Below, one piece after another: positions 13,771 through 28,870 of a stretch of 64,000 nt of DNA; the stretch's first letter is position 1; the number at the start of each line of letters is the position of its first letter. A program made the position numbers and the translations under genes. The DNA comes from Macrostomum lignano. Lineage: Eukaryota. Below the pieces are notes generated by a model, which worked only from the letters and a program-made list of their open reading frames with translations, was not told the origin of the DNA and made no database searches. The stretch covers positions 593,877 to 657,876 of the forward strand of contig NIVC01000353.1 of the NCBI GenBank assembly GCA_002269645.1, written 5' to 3'.

Positions 13771-13950
13771 CTTTTGTTCATCTGTTTACCAGAGATGCTC
13801 AGCACGGATTTGCTAGCAATCATCCCCTGTTTTTGGGTTTTGGGAGATGCAGGTTTTAGGATGACTTAAGTCTCCCTGGTTCAGACAGACTGCCATTGGC
13901 TGGGAGCAGCTGGGATGTGGATGGCGAGATATGGGATTTAGTAAATAAGA

Positions 13951-14168
13951 ATGGAAAATTCAGACTCAGTTCGAACTCATGAATTTCTGCTGTCGAACCA
14001 GCCGAAGAACCGAGCGCACAGCGGTTCTGGATCCTGCGCGATGCAGCTCAGCAGGAGGCGCGATGCGATGTCAGTTGAAATTGACCACCAGGGCGAATAC
14101 GCTTCTGCGGGTGCCAGCCCGGTGAAGATCAAATCCGTTGGACTGTCGCAAAAAGTGAGCCGATTAGG
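13951..14168 (+). CDS. Candidate alternative first coding exon (MENSDSVRTH...)
   Basis: ATG at 13951, coding-like composition. Donor options are AAA|GTGAGC at 14155 (phase 0) and AGG|GTGACA at 14169 (phase 2, weaker, overlapping the first minisatellite unit). Confidence 0.4.
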
Positions 14169-15084
14169 GTGACAGATTGGTGTGACAATGAGGGGGAGAG
14201 ATTGCCAGATCAGTGTGACAATGACGGGCGGAGAGAGTGACTGATTTGTGTGACAATGCGGGGAGAGAGTGACAGATCGGTGTGAAAATGCGGGGAAAGA
14301 GTGACAGATCGGTGTGACAATAATAGGGGAAAGAGTGACAGATCGGTGCGACAATAAGAATAGAGAGAGTGATAGATCGGTGTGACAAAAAGTGGGGAGA
14401 GAGTGACAGATCGGTGTGACAATAATAGGGGAAAGAGTGACAGATCGGTGCGACAATAAAAATAGAGAGAGTGATAGATCGGTGTGACAAAAAGAGGGGA
14501 GAGAGTGACAGATCGGTGTGACAATAATAGGGGAAAGAGTGACAGATCGGTGCGACAATAAGGATAGAGAGAGTGATAGATCGGTGTGACAATAAGAGGG
14601 GAAAGAGTGACAGATCGGTGTGACAATAAGAGGGGAAAGAGTGACAGATCGGTGTGACAATAAGAGGGGAGAGAGTGACAGATCGGTGTGACAATGCGGG
14701 GAAAGAGTGACAGATCGGTGCGACAATAAGAATAGAGAGAGTGATAGATCGGTGTGACAATAAGAGGGGAAAGAGTGACAGATCGGTGTGACAATAATAG
14801 GGGAAAGAGTGACAGATCGGTGTGACAATGCGGGGAAAGAGTGACAGATCGGTGTGACAATAAGAGGGGAAAGAGTGACAGATCGGTGTGACAATAAGAG
14901 GGGAAAGAGTGACAGATCGGTGTGACAATAAGAGGGGAAAGAGTGACAGATCGGTGTGACAATAAGAGGGGAAAAAGTGACAGATCGTGTGACAATAAGA
15001 GGGGAAAGAGTGACAGATCGGTGTGACAATGCGGGGAGAGAGTGACAGATCGGTGTGACAATGCGGGAATAGAGTAACAGATCA
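14169..15084. repeat. 32/34-bp minisatellite GAGTGACAGATCGGTGTGACAATAAGAGGGGAAA
   Basis: Direct inspection. Confidence 0.95.
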
Positions 15085-15785
15085 GCAGGTGTTGACTTCA
15101 TCTCATTGCCAACTGTGACCAGCTCAGCCACCCCGTCATACCGAAGCGCTAATAAAGTTGCTCTACGAAGACTGCGAAACGCTTCACCCAAACGGTAGAA
15201 AAAATTCGGATTGCCAACTTTGCGGTGCAAAAGGTTCAGCCCTACGAATAGATACGGCTTGAGTAGAAAACCAACACGAACTGAACTCCAGATATCGTAA
15301 ATTTTGCCATGTCACAGACTTAGCAGACCCTATAAAAGTGTCCCTAAACTACCCTAAGAAAAGCTATTTTTCACTCGCAGCAATATCTTTGGTCTAATCA
15401 TTTCGTTGGAGATATCATAAGCGTGTCGGATGGCGTCCCAGCGAGCGCATCGGGTCAAACAGCAGAAGGTAGGCCGCCCGTTTCCGCTTGTCTGCAGAGC
15501 TCACAGACTCAGAGCTCATGCGAGAGTAGTTCAACTGATCCGGCTTTAAACTCACGAAATCATGGAGCACTTGGGCTATGGGGAGCTGAAACTGCAGCTT
15601 CTGGAATCCTCATTTGTTTAACTCTGAAAGCTAACACCGGAATAAACAAAGCGTTATCTGGATGACCTCATTTAGCTCATCGGACTCTGAGAATCCTTTG
15701 AAGTTTACCGAAACTCTGTGGGCTGATGATAGAGGCTTAGCGATAATGTTAGCTGCATTTCCATTGCAGTATATATTGCCGTCTG

Positions 15786-15899
<114 letters not shown>

Positions 15900-16635
15900 G
15901 TTTCGGACAGGCTGACTCAGTTGTTAACTCAAGCCTGAACTCAATTCCTTCAGCCGGAGACGTTGGCAGAGCGGCATAAATAAAGAAAAATAGCTTCCAG
16001 TTGAGAGCAGGTGGCTGCAGTGTGGCCCAGCTCTGGCAGTCTTATCTATTCCAAGCGCGGTAGAATCGCGGTCACTGGCTGCATGAAGTGTTTTTATGCC
16101 AGTCTTTATCAAGTCAAGATTGAGCAGCGCGCCAAGTCACTAAGGCGCCTAGAAACGTTTTTCATGTCGAAAAAAAGTTCTGCAACTAATGCTTAAGAAG
16201 TGCATCTTAGTAATGTATGCCTCGCTTTTTGAGCAGATAAACAAACTTAAATTTAAAATTCACATTGAAGAGGTTATCTCAGGATTAGTGAGGAATTAGA
16301 TTTTCCTCTTCAAAATCGAGGGCTAATAATGGGATCAGAATGTAGCACGGACAGCGCGGGAGCAATGGAGATCGGCATCAGAAAAATGCAAAGTGGCTCT
16401 TGCTTTTCAGTTCCACTAATTCTTTGAGAGTCTCTTGAGCTTCGACTTAATTCTCCCTCCCTTTTGTGCTCAAAACACTATCCCGAATTTCGGACTCCCA
16501 GTTGAGCGCAAGGATCAAGAAGTCTGCCTTCCACTTCTGTCTGTCTTCTTAATTTGATCCTGGCGCTTCATTGAACTGCATTCTGACTAATTATGCTGTT
16601 CTTGGATATCCCATCAGTCAGTTCAGCTGGTTAGA

Positions 16636-16940
16636 AGAGAGAGGTGGGGTAGGGGAGAGAGGTGGTGGATATAGGAAAGAGGGAAAGTAGGGGGTAGGGG
16701 AGAGAGATGGGGTAGGGTAGAGAGGGGGTAGGATAAGGGAGAGAGGTGGGGTAGGGGAGAGAGGAGGTGGGGTAGGGGAGAGAGGAGGTGGGGTAGGGGA
16801 GAGAAAAGGTGGGGTAGGGGAGAGAAAAGGTGGGGTAGGGGAGAGAAAAGGTGGGGTAGGGGAGAGAGAAGGTGGGGTAGGGGAGAGAAAAGGTGGGGTA
16901 GGGGAGAGAAAAGGTGGGGTAGGGGAGAGAGGGGGGTAAG
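16636..16940. repeat. G-rich 21-bp minisatellite AAAAGGTGGGGTAGGGGAGAG
   Basis: Direct inspection. Confidence 0.9.
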
Positions 16941-17336
16941 GGCGCAGAAACAAGGTAACAGATGAGATAAGTGCAAGAAGGAGACTCCCGCCGCCGCCGC
17001 CGCCGCCGCCGCTGCCCCGAGAACCGAAAGTCGGCGCCGCCGATCATTTGTCTTATCTCATAAGAGTTGTGGGGTCGGGTTTGAAGAGTCTGAGATGGGT
17101 GAGACGGAGAGACGGGAACATAAAGCCGCTGCAATCAAAATTATTTACCTTTTTTCGGAGAGAAAATAGCAGCCCGACTGATTTTGCAGCTACAAATGCA
17201 CTTTTGTTCGCACGCATCAAAATCTGATCTCTTTGAAACCCGCCCAAAAGCCAGAGAGTATATGAAACAAACAAAGTGGCAGAGTGGCTAAATGCTGAGC
17301 ATCTATTTGTCTCCTAATAAGCATTTAATATTTTCA

Positions 17337-18109
<773 letters not shown>

Positions 18110-18678
18110 GGGAGAGATTTTGTACTCATTTTGAAGTACCCGCTGGGCCGAGAGAACCCGCCAATGCTAACTAATTGTTTTCAGTCATAGCAAAATTCAA
18201 AGGGCATTTGATCCTCTGCAAGTCTCAATTATGCGCATAGCAGTGCCTAAAAGCAGGGATTTGTTATCTAGAAATCCTTCAACTGAAGAGGTTCAGGAAG
18301 CCAGAACGAATGCGCAGAGCTTAAACAAAGCCGGATTTCGAATGCCCCACCCCAAGAACCAGGCAATCAGCGGGAAATAGGAGGTGAAAGACGGAAATCT
18401 GACAACCCAAAGCGGGATGAGAGGGAATCACGAAGGCACTCACAGGGAAACAAACGGGCAGGAGACTAAGCACTTTGTCGCAGGACAACAGAAGCTGAAA
18501 TTAAATTTCCGCAACTTTTATTGTGACACTTGGCAACCTGTCTAAGACTTCAAGGCTGCTGTTGGGCTAATCTTCTGATAATAAAAGCAGATTTACTTTT
18601 TCAAATTACCGTTACTTACAGCTGTGACTGACAGCCTAAATTGCACTAGTTGCCTTACTCTCAAATCATCAGCCTCAC

Positions 18679-19115
18679 AGCCCAAACACCCAGTTCACTC
18701 CCGAAACTCCCATCTCACTCCCAACACACCCACCTCACTCCCAAAACACCAACCTCACTCCCAAAACACCCACCTCACTCCCAAAACACCCACCTCACTC
18801 CCAAAACACCAACCTCACTCCCAAAACACCCACCTCACTCCCAAAACACCCACCTCACTCCCAAAACACCCACCTCACCACAAACACCAACCTCACTCCC
18901 CAAACACCCACCTCACCACAAACACCAACCTCACTCCCCAAACACCCATTTCATGCCCCAAACACCCACCTCACTCCCAAAACACCCACCTCACCCCCAA
19001 ACACCCACCTCATCCCCCAAACACCCACCTCACTCCCCAAACGCCCACCTTACTCCTTAAACACCCACCTCACTCCCCAAACGCCCACCTCAGCCCCCAA
19101 ACACCCACCTCACTT
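18679..19115. repeat. C-rich 20-bp minisatellite CCAAAACACCCACCTCACTC
   Basis: Direct inspection. Confidence 0.9.
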
Positions 19116-19163
19116 TCCAAACAAAAAAATCTAAATTCTTTCGGAAACCCATCGCCAATCAGC

Positions 19164-19288
19164 AGGACTTCTTGGCCCCGCCGGGATCTCAGGAGAGGCG
19201 CCACTCAGATCACGGAGCCTACCGCCGAGCAGGAGGCAACGGTGGCGCTAGCGCTGGCGGCAGCGGTGTCTCGCCAATCCGAACCATG
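19164..19288 (+). CDS. Weak candidate coding exon (...RTSWPRRDLRRGATQITEP...SRQSEP) with phase-2 donor
   Basis: GC-rich open frame ending ATG|GTGATT at 19289 (phase 2). There is no in-frame ATG, and the 5' boundary (possible acceptor atcAG near 19163) is uncertain. Confidence 0.3.
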
Positions 19289-19681
19289 GTGATTAGCGCG
19301 CCAAGAATTCAGATCACGTCGTCAAGGAAGTGAGCAAAAAGTCGTTGTATACTGTATTATTGATGTCGCGTAAACTTGAAACTACTAATAGTAGGTTTTA
19401 TTAAATTTACTGTGCATAGCGTACCTGTGTACAGTATTGACATGCCTGTATGTGCTCAGAATCGTCTCAGAGCTGGTTGTGGGAAGAATGTCGCAGAAGG
19501 CGTTGCCCTCAGCTATTTTCAATTTCTCTGCCTGGCAACTTTAGTGTTGAAACTTTTTTGAAAAAACTGCAAAACAAACTAATCAGTCTACTATCTAGCT
19601 TATGTGCAGTAGCACATTTTTGTTGTTGTAGTTGTAGCATATTGGTTGTCGCACACGAGTGCCGGATAAAAATTCAAGTGG

Positions 19682-20686
19682 GGAGACAGTGACAGGAGAC
19701 AGTGACAGGAGACAGTGACAGGAAACAGTGACAGGAGACAGTGACAGGAGACAGTGACAGGAGACAGTGACAGGAGACAGTGACAGGAGACAGTGACAGG
19801 AGACAGTGACAGGAGACAGTGACAGGAGACAGTGACAGGAGACAGTGACAGGAGACAGTGACAGGAGACAGTGACAGGAGACAGTGACAGGAGACAGTGT
19901 CAGGAGATATCAGGCAGACAGTGACAGGAGACAGTGACAGGAGACAGTGACAGGAGACAGTGACAGGAGACAGTGACAGGAGACAGTGACAGGAGACAGT
20001 GACAGGAGACAGTGACAGGAGAGATCAGGCAGACAGTGACAGGAGACAGTGTCAGGAGAGATCAGGCAGACAGTGACAGGAGACAGTGTCAGGAGATATC
20101 AGGCAGACAGTGACAGGAAACAGTGACATGAGACAGTGTCAGGAGATATCAGGCAGACAGTGACAGGAGACAGTGACAGGAAACAGTGACAGGAGACAGT
20201 GTCAGGAGATATCAGGCAGACAGTGACAGGAGACAGTGTCAGGAGAGATCAGGCAGACAGTGACAGGAGACAGTGTCAGGAGATATCAGGCAGACAGTGA
20301 CAGGAGACAGTGTCAGGAGATATCAGGCAGACAGTGACAGGAGACAGTGACAGGAAACAGTGTCAGGAGATATCAGGCAGACAGTGACAGGAGACAGTGA
20401 CAGGAAACAGTGACAGGAGACAGTGTCAGGAGATATCAGGCAGACAGTGACAGGAGACAGTGTCAGGAGAGATCAGGCAGACAGTGACAGGAGACAGTGT
20501 CAGGAGATATCAGGCAGACAGTGACAGGAGACAGTGTCAGGAGATATCAGGCAGACAGTGACAGGAGACAGTGTCAGGAGATATCAGGCAGACAGTGACA
20601 GGAGACAGTGACAGGAGACAGTGACAGGAGACTGTGACAGGAAACAGTGTCAGGAGACAGTGTCAGGAGATATCAGGCAGACAGTG
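19682..20686. repeat. 13-bp minisatellite GTGACAGGAGACA with longer GTCAGGAGATATCAGGCAGACA variants
   Basis: Direct inspection. Confidence 0.95.
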
Positions 20687-21360
20687 CTGCCCTGGAGTAA
20701 AAAATGCATGCATTTTCCCACCCAGCTCATGCTCCCAGGACACGCGAGGCAGGCAAGGCTTGATTCTGGAACAGGACAGACCCCAACCCACACGCGGCCC
20801 ACAATTCGCTGCCTGACTAATTCATGATCACGCCGAGCCATTAGCGAAAAATTTTAAGAGCCTCCCTGTTTGGGAGGGATGGTGAATGCAGCTCCACTCC
20901 GCTACAGGGACCTCAGCTTTCTGAATTCTAAATTCTGCATTCCAACCCGGCCCTGCTATCTTACAGGCAGTCACACTCGACTACAAAGCCCCATTTTCTT
21001 CTCAGTCTACAGTCGCTGCCACAGCACGCCTCGATGTGCGCACAACTTACCCCTTAATCCGCTGCTGACAATTGCCGCTGGCAGATTCGGGAATCTGATA
21101 GGCCCCCGTGCGAGCCTGATGGCGTGGCCTGGCTCAGAGATTCAGATTTTTTGTGCTCCATACATCCATTTCTTTCTGCCTGACTCTTATACATTTGAAT
21201 AATTTTGATGTGTTTTTTGCATCTGGGTAGCATCGTATCAATCTGGGTGGTGTCTGCGCGTGAAATTTAATGCTCAAAAAGCTTTTCTCATGCTGTAGAA
21301 TTTGAGTACACAGCGAATTTCTGCTGCTTTTTAGAAACCTCTTCCCCGATATTAGCTCTT

Positions 21361-21715
21361 CACTCTCGCTTTCGCCTCTTCCTCTCCTCTCTCTCTCCTT
21401 TTTCTCTTCTATCTACCACTCTCCTCTCCTCTCTACCTCTTCTATCTACCTCTCTCCTCTCCTCTCCTCTCTCTCTTCTATCTCCATCTTTCTTCTCTCC
21501 TCACTCCACCTCTTCTCCCTCTCTCTCCTCTACTCACTCCTTCTTCTGTCTCCCTCTCTCTTCTCTTCTTCTCTTCTCTCCTCTCTCTCTTCTATCTACA
21601 TGTACCTCTCTCCTCTACTCTCTCTCTTCTATCTCCCTCTCTCTCCTTTCCTCTCTCTCTTCTGTCTACCTCTTCTCTCCCCCTCTCTCTCCTCTACTCT
21701 CTCCCTTTGCTCTCC
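21361..21715. repeat. CT-rich low-complexity tract
   Basis: Direct inspection. Confidence 0.85.
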
Positions 21716-21918
21716 AAATTCATACATGTATTCTCCCTCTTCATGTTAGCCTTGGGAAAGAATATAAAATATTCGAAATATCGGCACTTACAGCGCTTAA
21801 ACATATTTGTTAACATTTCAGTGCTTTGGTGGGCTTGAACACTTTTCCTTTTCTCCCCCTCTCCTTTTCCTCTCCCCTCTCTACCTCTCCTCTCTCTTAT
21901 CTCTCTCTTTTCTCACAG

Positions 21919-21932
21919 GCTACCCATTCGAG
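21919..21932 (+). CDS. Candidate 14-nt microexon GCTACCCATTCGAG (phase 0 in, phase 2 out)
   Basis: About 70-nt polypyrimidine tract (21845-21915), CAG acceptor at 21916-21918, and donor GAG|GTAACT at 21933. Confidence 0.45.
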
Positions 21933-22621
21933 GTAACTTCAAGTACTTTTCCCACCTTTTGAAAAACTATAAATATTTTTCTACCATTAAAGCCCGGCTT
22001 TCTTCCTCCTCAGTGAGGATATTTTTTGCTCAAAATCATTCATCTGAAACGAGAAAGATTTGGATGCAAAAATAATTGCTGCTTTGAGGCTGCTGCACCA
22101 GAGACCCGCTTGGCTGAGCACAAGGAACACAGGTGAATGCAAAACTCAAAGAGGGATGTAGGGGAGAAGGGAGCTTGCCAAGGTGGCTTCGCCAATTTGC
22201 CCAGGAAATCGGCCCCAAACCTCCCCCGCCACTTAAAATTGCTTGCCTCCTCTACCTGGTTTTTAGCAGCTGGCTTCCGTATTTCTTTGTGTTTGACTTC
22301 CTGCCTCAGTAGGGGAGCGAGGAGGATGATTTAGGTAACGCCTCTTGCACCTGCTTCTTAAATCCCAGGTGCGCCAGAATCACTGCGGGATTAATAATCA
22401 TTATTTTAATTTTTATCATTTTGATTGCTGCAAATTTGGCTCTGAATCGAAACCTATTTTGTTTGAAAATCCTGGCTAACAGAATGAAAGTGTTTCATTT
22501 TTTGATCGAATCCTCTGCAATAATTTGTCCCCTAAACAGTGTAGGGGAAAAGCTGCATACACAGCCAGAAACGACCTCCTATCTCCATGTGGCGCTGTAA
22601 CTTAAATATATAAACCTTTGA

Positions 22622-25534
22622 ACACGCGACGACTCCCAGAAACACAACCCTAATCAGACACGACAACTCACAGAAACACAACCCTAATCAGACACGACAA
22701 CTCACAGAAACACAACCCTAATCAGACACGACAACTCACAGAAACACAACCCTAATCAGACACGACAACTCACAGAAACACAACCCTAATCAGACACGAC
22801 AACTCACAGAAACACAACCCTAATCAGATACGACAACTCACAGAAACACAACCCTCATTAGACACGACAACTCACAGAAACACAACCCTCCTTAGACACG
22901 ACAACTCACAGAAACACAACCCTAATCAGACACGACAACTCACAGAAACACAACCCTAATCAGACACGACAACTCACAGAAACACAACCCTCATTAGACA
23001 CGACAACTCACAGAAACACAACCCTCCTTAGACACGACAACTCACAGAAACACAACCCTAATCAGACACGACAACTCACAGAAACACAACCCTAATCAGA
23101 CACGACAACTCACAGAAACACAACCCTAATCAGACACGACAACTCACAGAAACACAACCCTAATCAGACACGACAACTCACAGAAACACAACCCTAATCA
23201 GACACGACAACTCACAGAAACACAACCCTAATCAGACACGACAACTCACAGAAACACAACCCTAATCAGACACGACAACTCACAGAAACACAACCCTAAT
23301 CAGACACGACAACTCACAGAAACACAACCCTAATCAGACACGACAACTCACAGAAACACAACCCTAATCAGACACGACAACTCACAGAAACACAACCCTA
23401 ATCAGACACGACAACTCACAGAAACACAACCCTAATCAGACACGACAACTCACAGAAACACAACCCTAATCAGACACGACAAATCACAGAAACACAACCC
23501 TAATCAGACACGACAACTCACAGAAACACAACCCTAATCAGACACGACAACTCACAGAAACACAACCCTAATCAGACACGACAACTCACAGAAACACAAC
23601 CCTAATCAGACACGAAAAAACACAGAAACACAACCCTAATCAGACACGACAACTCACAGAAACACAACCCTAATCAGACACGACAACTCACAGAAACACA
23701 ACCCTAATCAGACACGACAACTCACAGAAACACAACCCTAATCAGACACGACAACTCACAGAAACACAACCCTAATCAGACACGACAACTCACAGAAACA
23801 AAACCCTAATCAGACACGACAAATCACAGAAACACAACCCTAATCAGACACGACAACTCACAGAAACACAACCCTAATCAGACACGACAACTCACAGAAA
23901 CACAACCCTAATCAGACACGACAACTCACAGAAACACAACCCTAATCAGACACGACAACTCACAGAAACACAACCCTAATCAGACACGACAACTCCCAGA
24001 AACACAACCCTCATTAGACACGACAACTCACAGAAACACAACCCTAATCAGACACGACAACTCACAGAAACACAACCCTAATCAGACACGACAACTCACA
24101 GAAACACAACCCTAATCAGACACGACAACTCACAGAAACACAACCCTAATCAGACACGACAACTCACAGAAACACAACCCTCATTAGACACGACAACTCA
24201 CAGAAACACAACCCTCCTTAGACACGACAACTCACAGAAACACAACCCTAATCAGACACGACAACTCACAGAAACACAACCCTAATCAGACACGACAACT
24301 CACAGAAACACAACCCTAATCAGACACGACAACTCACAGAAACACAACCCTAATCAGACACGACAAATCACAGAAACACAACCCTAATCAGACACGACAA
24401 CTCACAGAAACACAACCCTAATCAGACACGACAACTCACAGAAACACAACCCTAATCAGACACGACAACTCACAGAAACACAACCCTAATCAGACACGAC
24501 AACTCACAGAAACACAACCCTAATCAGACACGACAACTCACAGAAACACAACCCTAATCAGACACGACAACTCACAGAAACACAACCCTAATCAGACACG
24601 ACAACTCACAGAAACACAACCCTAATCAGACACGACAACTCACAGAAACACAACCCTAATCAGACACGACAACTCACAGAAACACAACCCTAATCAGACA
24701 CGACAACTCACAGAAACACAACCCTAATCAGACACGACAACTCACAGAAACACAACCCTAATCAGACACGACAACTCACAGAAACACAACCCTAATCAGA
24801 CACGACAACTCACAGAAACACAACCCTAATCAGACACGACAAATCACAGAAACACAACCCTAATCAGACACGACAACTCACAGAAACACAACCCTAATCA
24901 GACACGACAACTCACAGAAACACAACCCTAATCAGACACGACAACTCACAGAAACACAACCCTAATCAGACACGACAACTCACAGAAACACAACCCTAAT
25001 CAGACACGACAACTCACAGAAACACAACCCTAATCAGACACGACAACTCACAGAAACACAACCCTAATCAGACACGACAACTCACAGAAACACAACCCTA
25101 ATCAGACACGACAACTCACAGAAACACAACCCTAATCAGACACGACAACTCACAGAAACACAACCCTAATCAGAAACGACAACTCACAGAAACACAACCC
25201 TAATCAGACACGACAACTCACAGAAACACAACCCTAATCAGACACGACAACTCACAGAAACACAACCCTAATCAGACACGACAAATCACAGAAACACAAC
25301 CCTAATCAGACACGACAAATCACAGAAACACAACCCTAATCAGACACGACAACTCACAGAAACACAACCCTAATCAGACACGACAACTCACAGAAACACA
25401 ACCCTAATCAGACACGACAAATCACAGAAACACAACCCTAATCAGACACGACAAATCACAGAAACACAACCCTAATCAGACACGACAACTCACAGAAACA
25501 CAACCCTAATCAGACACGACAAATCACAGAAACA
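22622..25534. repeat. Homogeneous 34-bp minisatellite CAGAAACACAACCCTAATCAGACACGACAACTCA
   Basis: Direct inspection, about 85 units. Confidence 0.97.
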
Positions 25535-25940
25535 ATCTTCAATAGACCCAAATTCGCACAAGTGCAAGAGAAGCACAGAATCTCCACTTCAATCACGGAT
25601 AATTTGGCATCGAAGAGCTTCAGGGATTTGCTCAATCAGTCCAAATCTGCCAAATCGGATTGTATCTGCAGAGCATTATCGCAACCAGCTCTACATCACT
25701 GCCAGTTAGACAGCAGATATTTGAGACAAAATCTGATTTTCATCAAATAAAACTCTCTTCAAAGGAATAGCAGCTAATGTAGAACTGGAGCAGCCTTAGA
25801 GAAGAGATTAGGGGGTAGTGTGGAGGGTCCTTGAGCAGCTGAAACGCTAATGACAAGCGAGGAACAGACGCGAGCATGCCCCAGAAGAGGCCGCTTGATG
25901 TATATCCATCTGTTTAAAAATCGTTCCTACATTTGTTCGT

Positions 25941-25986
25941 CCAATCAGAGAGCGTCCTCAAACTCGTATCTGCCGGACTCTATAAA
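25941..25986 (+). promoter_or_regulatory. CCAAT box (25941) and TATAAA (25981) upstream of candidate first exon 26066
   Basis: Motif match and plausible spacing, about 80 bp before the ATG. Motif evidence only. Confidence 0.35.
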
Positions 25987-26065
25987 TCCAGATAACTCAA
26001 GCCCTTAGTTAAAATAAAATAGAGGTGTAAAACTAAATATTATTGAATAATTGAATAAGATAATT

Positions 26066-26316
26066 ATGGAAAACTCCGCTGAGGACTCGGCCTCATCGAC
26101 TGGCGGCGGCGAGCAGCACCTGTGGAGCACTGGAAGCGGCTCGATCCGGCTAAAACCTCTGTCCGGTCCGACCATTGTTCTCGAGGGCGTGTCCGGCAAA
26201 ATTCCCGGCAGCTTGCACAGCTTGTCCGACATGACGGAATGGCGAAAGAGGCGGCATCTGTTGAGAATCTCCAAGTCTGATTGTTCCACCAGCTTTCCTG
26301 GAAAATCGCGTTCTGG
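26066..26316 (+). CDS. Candidate alternative first coding exon of PDE4 (MENSAEDSASS...GKSRS)
   Basis: ATG at 26066 with A at -3, and donor TGG|GTGAGA at 26317 (phase 2). CCAAT and TATAAA lie upstream. Confidence 0.65.
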
Positions 26317-26339
26317 GTGAGAGGCGCTGAGAGAGAGGA

Positions 26340-26965
26340 TGTCAGACGGTTATGCAAATCCCAATTCATAACAATGTCAGACATTTAGGTAAATCTCAAT
26401 TCACGACAACGTCAGACATTTATGTAAATCCCAATTCATAACAATGTCAGACATTTAGGTAAATCTCAATTCACGACAACGTCAGACATTTATGTAAATC
26501 CCAATTCATGACAATGTCAGACATTTATGTAAATCTCAGTTCATGACTAATGTCAGACATTTATGTAAATCCCAATTCATAACAATGTCAGACATTTAGG
26601 TAAATCTCAATTCACGACAACTTCAGACATTTATGTAAATCCCAATTCATGACAATGTCAGACATTTATGGTAAATCCCAATTCATGACAATGTCAGACA
26701 TTTAGGTAAATCTCAATTCATGACAATGTCAGACATTTAGGTAAATCTCAATTCATGACAATGTCAGACATTTATGGTAAATCTCAATTCATGAAAATGT
26801 CAGACACTTATGGTAAATCTCAATTCATGAAAATGTCAGACATTTATGGTAAATCTCAATTCATGAAAATGTCAGACATTTATGGTAAATCTCAATTCAT
26901 GAAAATGTCAGACATTTAGGTAAATCTCAATTCATGACAATGTCAGACATTTAGGTAAATCCCAA
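26340..26965. repeat. 35/36-bp minisatellite GTCAGACATTTAGGTAAATCTCAATTCATGACAAT
   Basis: Direct inspection. Confidence 0.93.
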
Positions 26966-28307
26966 CATTCAGGTAGTCCCAATCTCATTCAGGAGGTTAG
27001 AAAGACAGGTGATTTAATTAATTAATACGCCTTGAGAGCAAGAAGTTATTCTGCCAAATTCGTCTGCCAAAATCATTACTTTCTCGATGTACTTTATCTC
27101 TCAGAGTCAACAGGGAAAGCAATTGCATGGAAATGACAATGGGGAAAACTCTTTCTGCAGCGAGGCAACAAGGAGACAGTCAAACAAGATGACTTGAAGC
27201 CGGATGAACTCAGCTAAGCAAAAAAGAGCATACCGGAAACTCTGCTCAGCACTACCAGTTCCTCCCAGCTCCCAGTGTCTCTTCTGTACAGCAAAGATTT
27301 GATTGCTTTGCAAGGGAAATCAAGGTTGTCACGAGCTGGTGAAGGGAGGAGAATGACAGAGCGTATTTGGGAACAATGGAGCAACCGATTGGTAGATGGT
27401 AGATGCAAGACTGGTGGTACTGTTTTCACTGCATTTCTGCCTATATAGTGCTGATTCCTGACCAGATGCAAGAGATTCAATTCGGTGCACAGACCCGCAC
27501 TCATCCACACAACACACAATTTTCCACACCCGCCATTTTACCTTTTTACAAGCTACAATTTACCTAATAGCTTTAAACACTAGATGTGTGTTTTTACGGA
27601 CGCTAGTCCTCTACCCGTCACAAGGTGCCTCGACCATCACAATGTTGCAGGTTTTGCAACATTGTGGCGGCTCAGAAATCTGACACTCTCTGTGTCTTTG
27701 TGAAGCCAATTCTTTGCTCTGAAGCAGAAAGACAGTCACGCGGTCTCAGAAATAAGTCTCGATGTGTTGTGTAGCCTGCTTCGAATTCTGCAAGACCTCT
27801 CGACAGCTGACACCCTTTAACAAGTCTCTTACACTGTCAGACCTTCGTTAGCAAAGTTCCGCGATAATCTTCATCGAATAGGATATTGAAAACCCCTTTT
27901 TGCGCTTAATTTCCTGAGCTGATAAAGCCAAAGGCAGGCCAGGTCATTATCTATTTACAAAGGGTGTTGACTGTGTCATCGAGCCGGTCCCAGTAGCCAA
28001 GATGAATGTTCACAAAGAGTTTTTGCAATTTTCTTGAATTCTACCTGGATCAGAGAAGGAGGGGGGCTAAGAAAGAAATAGACTCAAAAATAGTCAATAA
28101 GAAAAAGAGCTTTTTAGTTAGACTTAATTATTTACACCCGCTTCCCCATCTATCGAATAATATCTAATCAGAATAAATAACTACTAGATAGCTGTCCAGA
28201 TCATACTACTCTACCGCTTAAGTAGTATGAAAGACAAATAGGCTTTTGTAATTTTTCTTATCGCGACGACGGCAGAAGGAATACTCATAGGACTGTGGGA
28301 TGAGTAG

Positions 28308-28449
28308 AAAGAGAGAGAATGTGAAAGAAAAAGCATGAGAGAGAGCATGAGAAAGAGAGAGCATGAGAAAGAGAGAGAGCATGAGAAAGAGAGAGAGCAT
28401 GAGAAAGAGAGAGAGCATGAGAAAGAAAGAGAGCATGAGAAAAAGATAG

Positions 28450-28509
<60 letters not shown>

Positions 28510-28870
28510 AGCACGAGAGAGAGAGCATGAGAAAGAGAGAGAGGGAGAGCATGAGAAAGAGAGAGAGGGAGAGCATGTGAAAGAGAGAGAGGGAGAGCAT
28601 GAGAAAGAGAGAGAGGGAGAGCATGAGAAAGAGAGAGAGGGAGAGCATGAGAAAGAGAGAGAGGGAGAGCATGAGAAAGAGAGAGAGGGAGAGCATGAGA
28701 AAGAGAGAGAGGGAGAGCATGAGAAAGAGAGAGAGGGAGAGCATGAGAAAAAGAGAGAGAGAGAGGGAGAGCATGAGAAAGAGAGAGAGAGAGCATGAAA
28801 AAAAGAGAGAGCATGAGAAAAAGAGAGCATGAGAAAGAGCATGAGAAAGAGAGAGGGCATGAGATAGAGA
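28308..28870. repeat. GA-rich compound repeat of (GA)n plus 24-bp GCATGAGAAAGAGAGAGAGGGAGA
   Basis: Direct inspection. Confidence 0.92.

Noticed and set aside
22622-25534. CRISPR-like appearance of the 34-bp repeat (also the 30-35 bp arrays)
   Set aside because: The units are head-to-tail with no unique spacers, there are no cas genes, and the context is eukaryotic.
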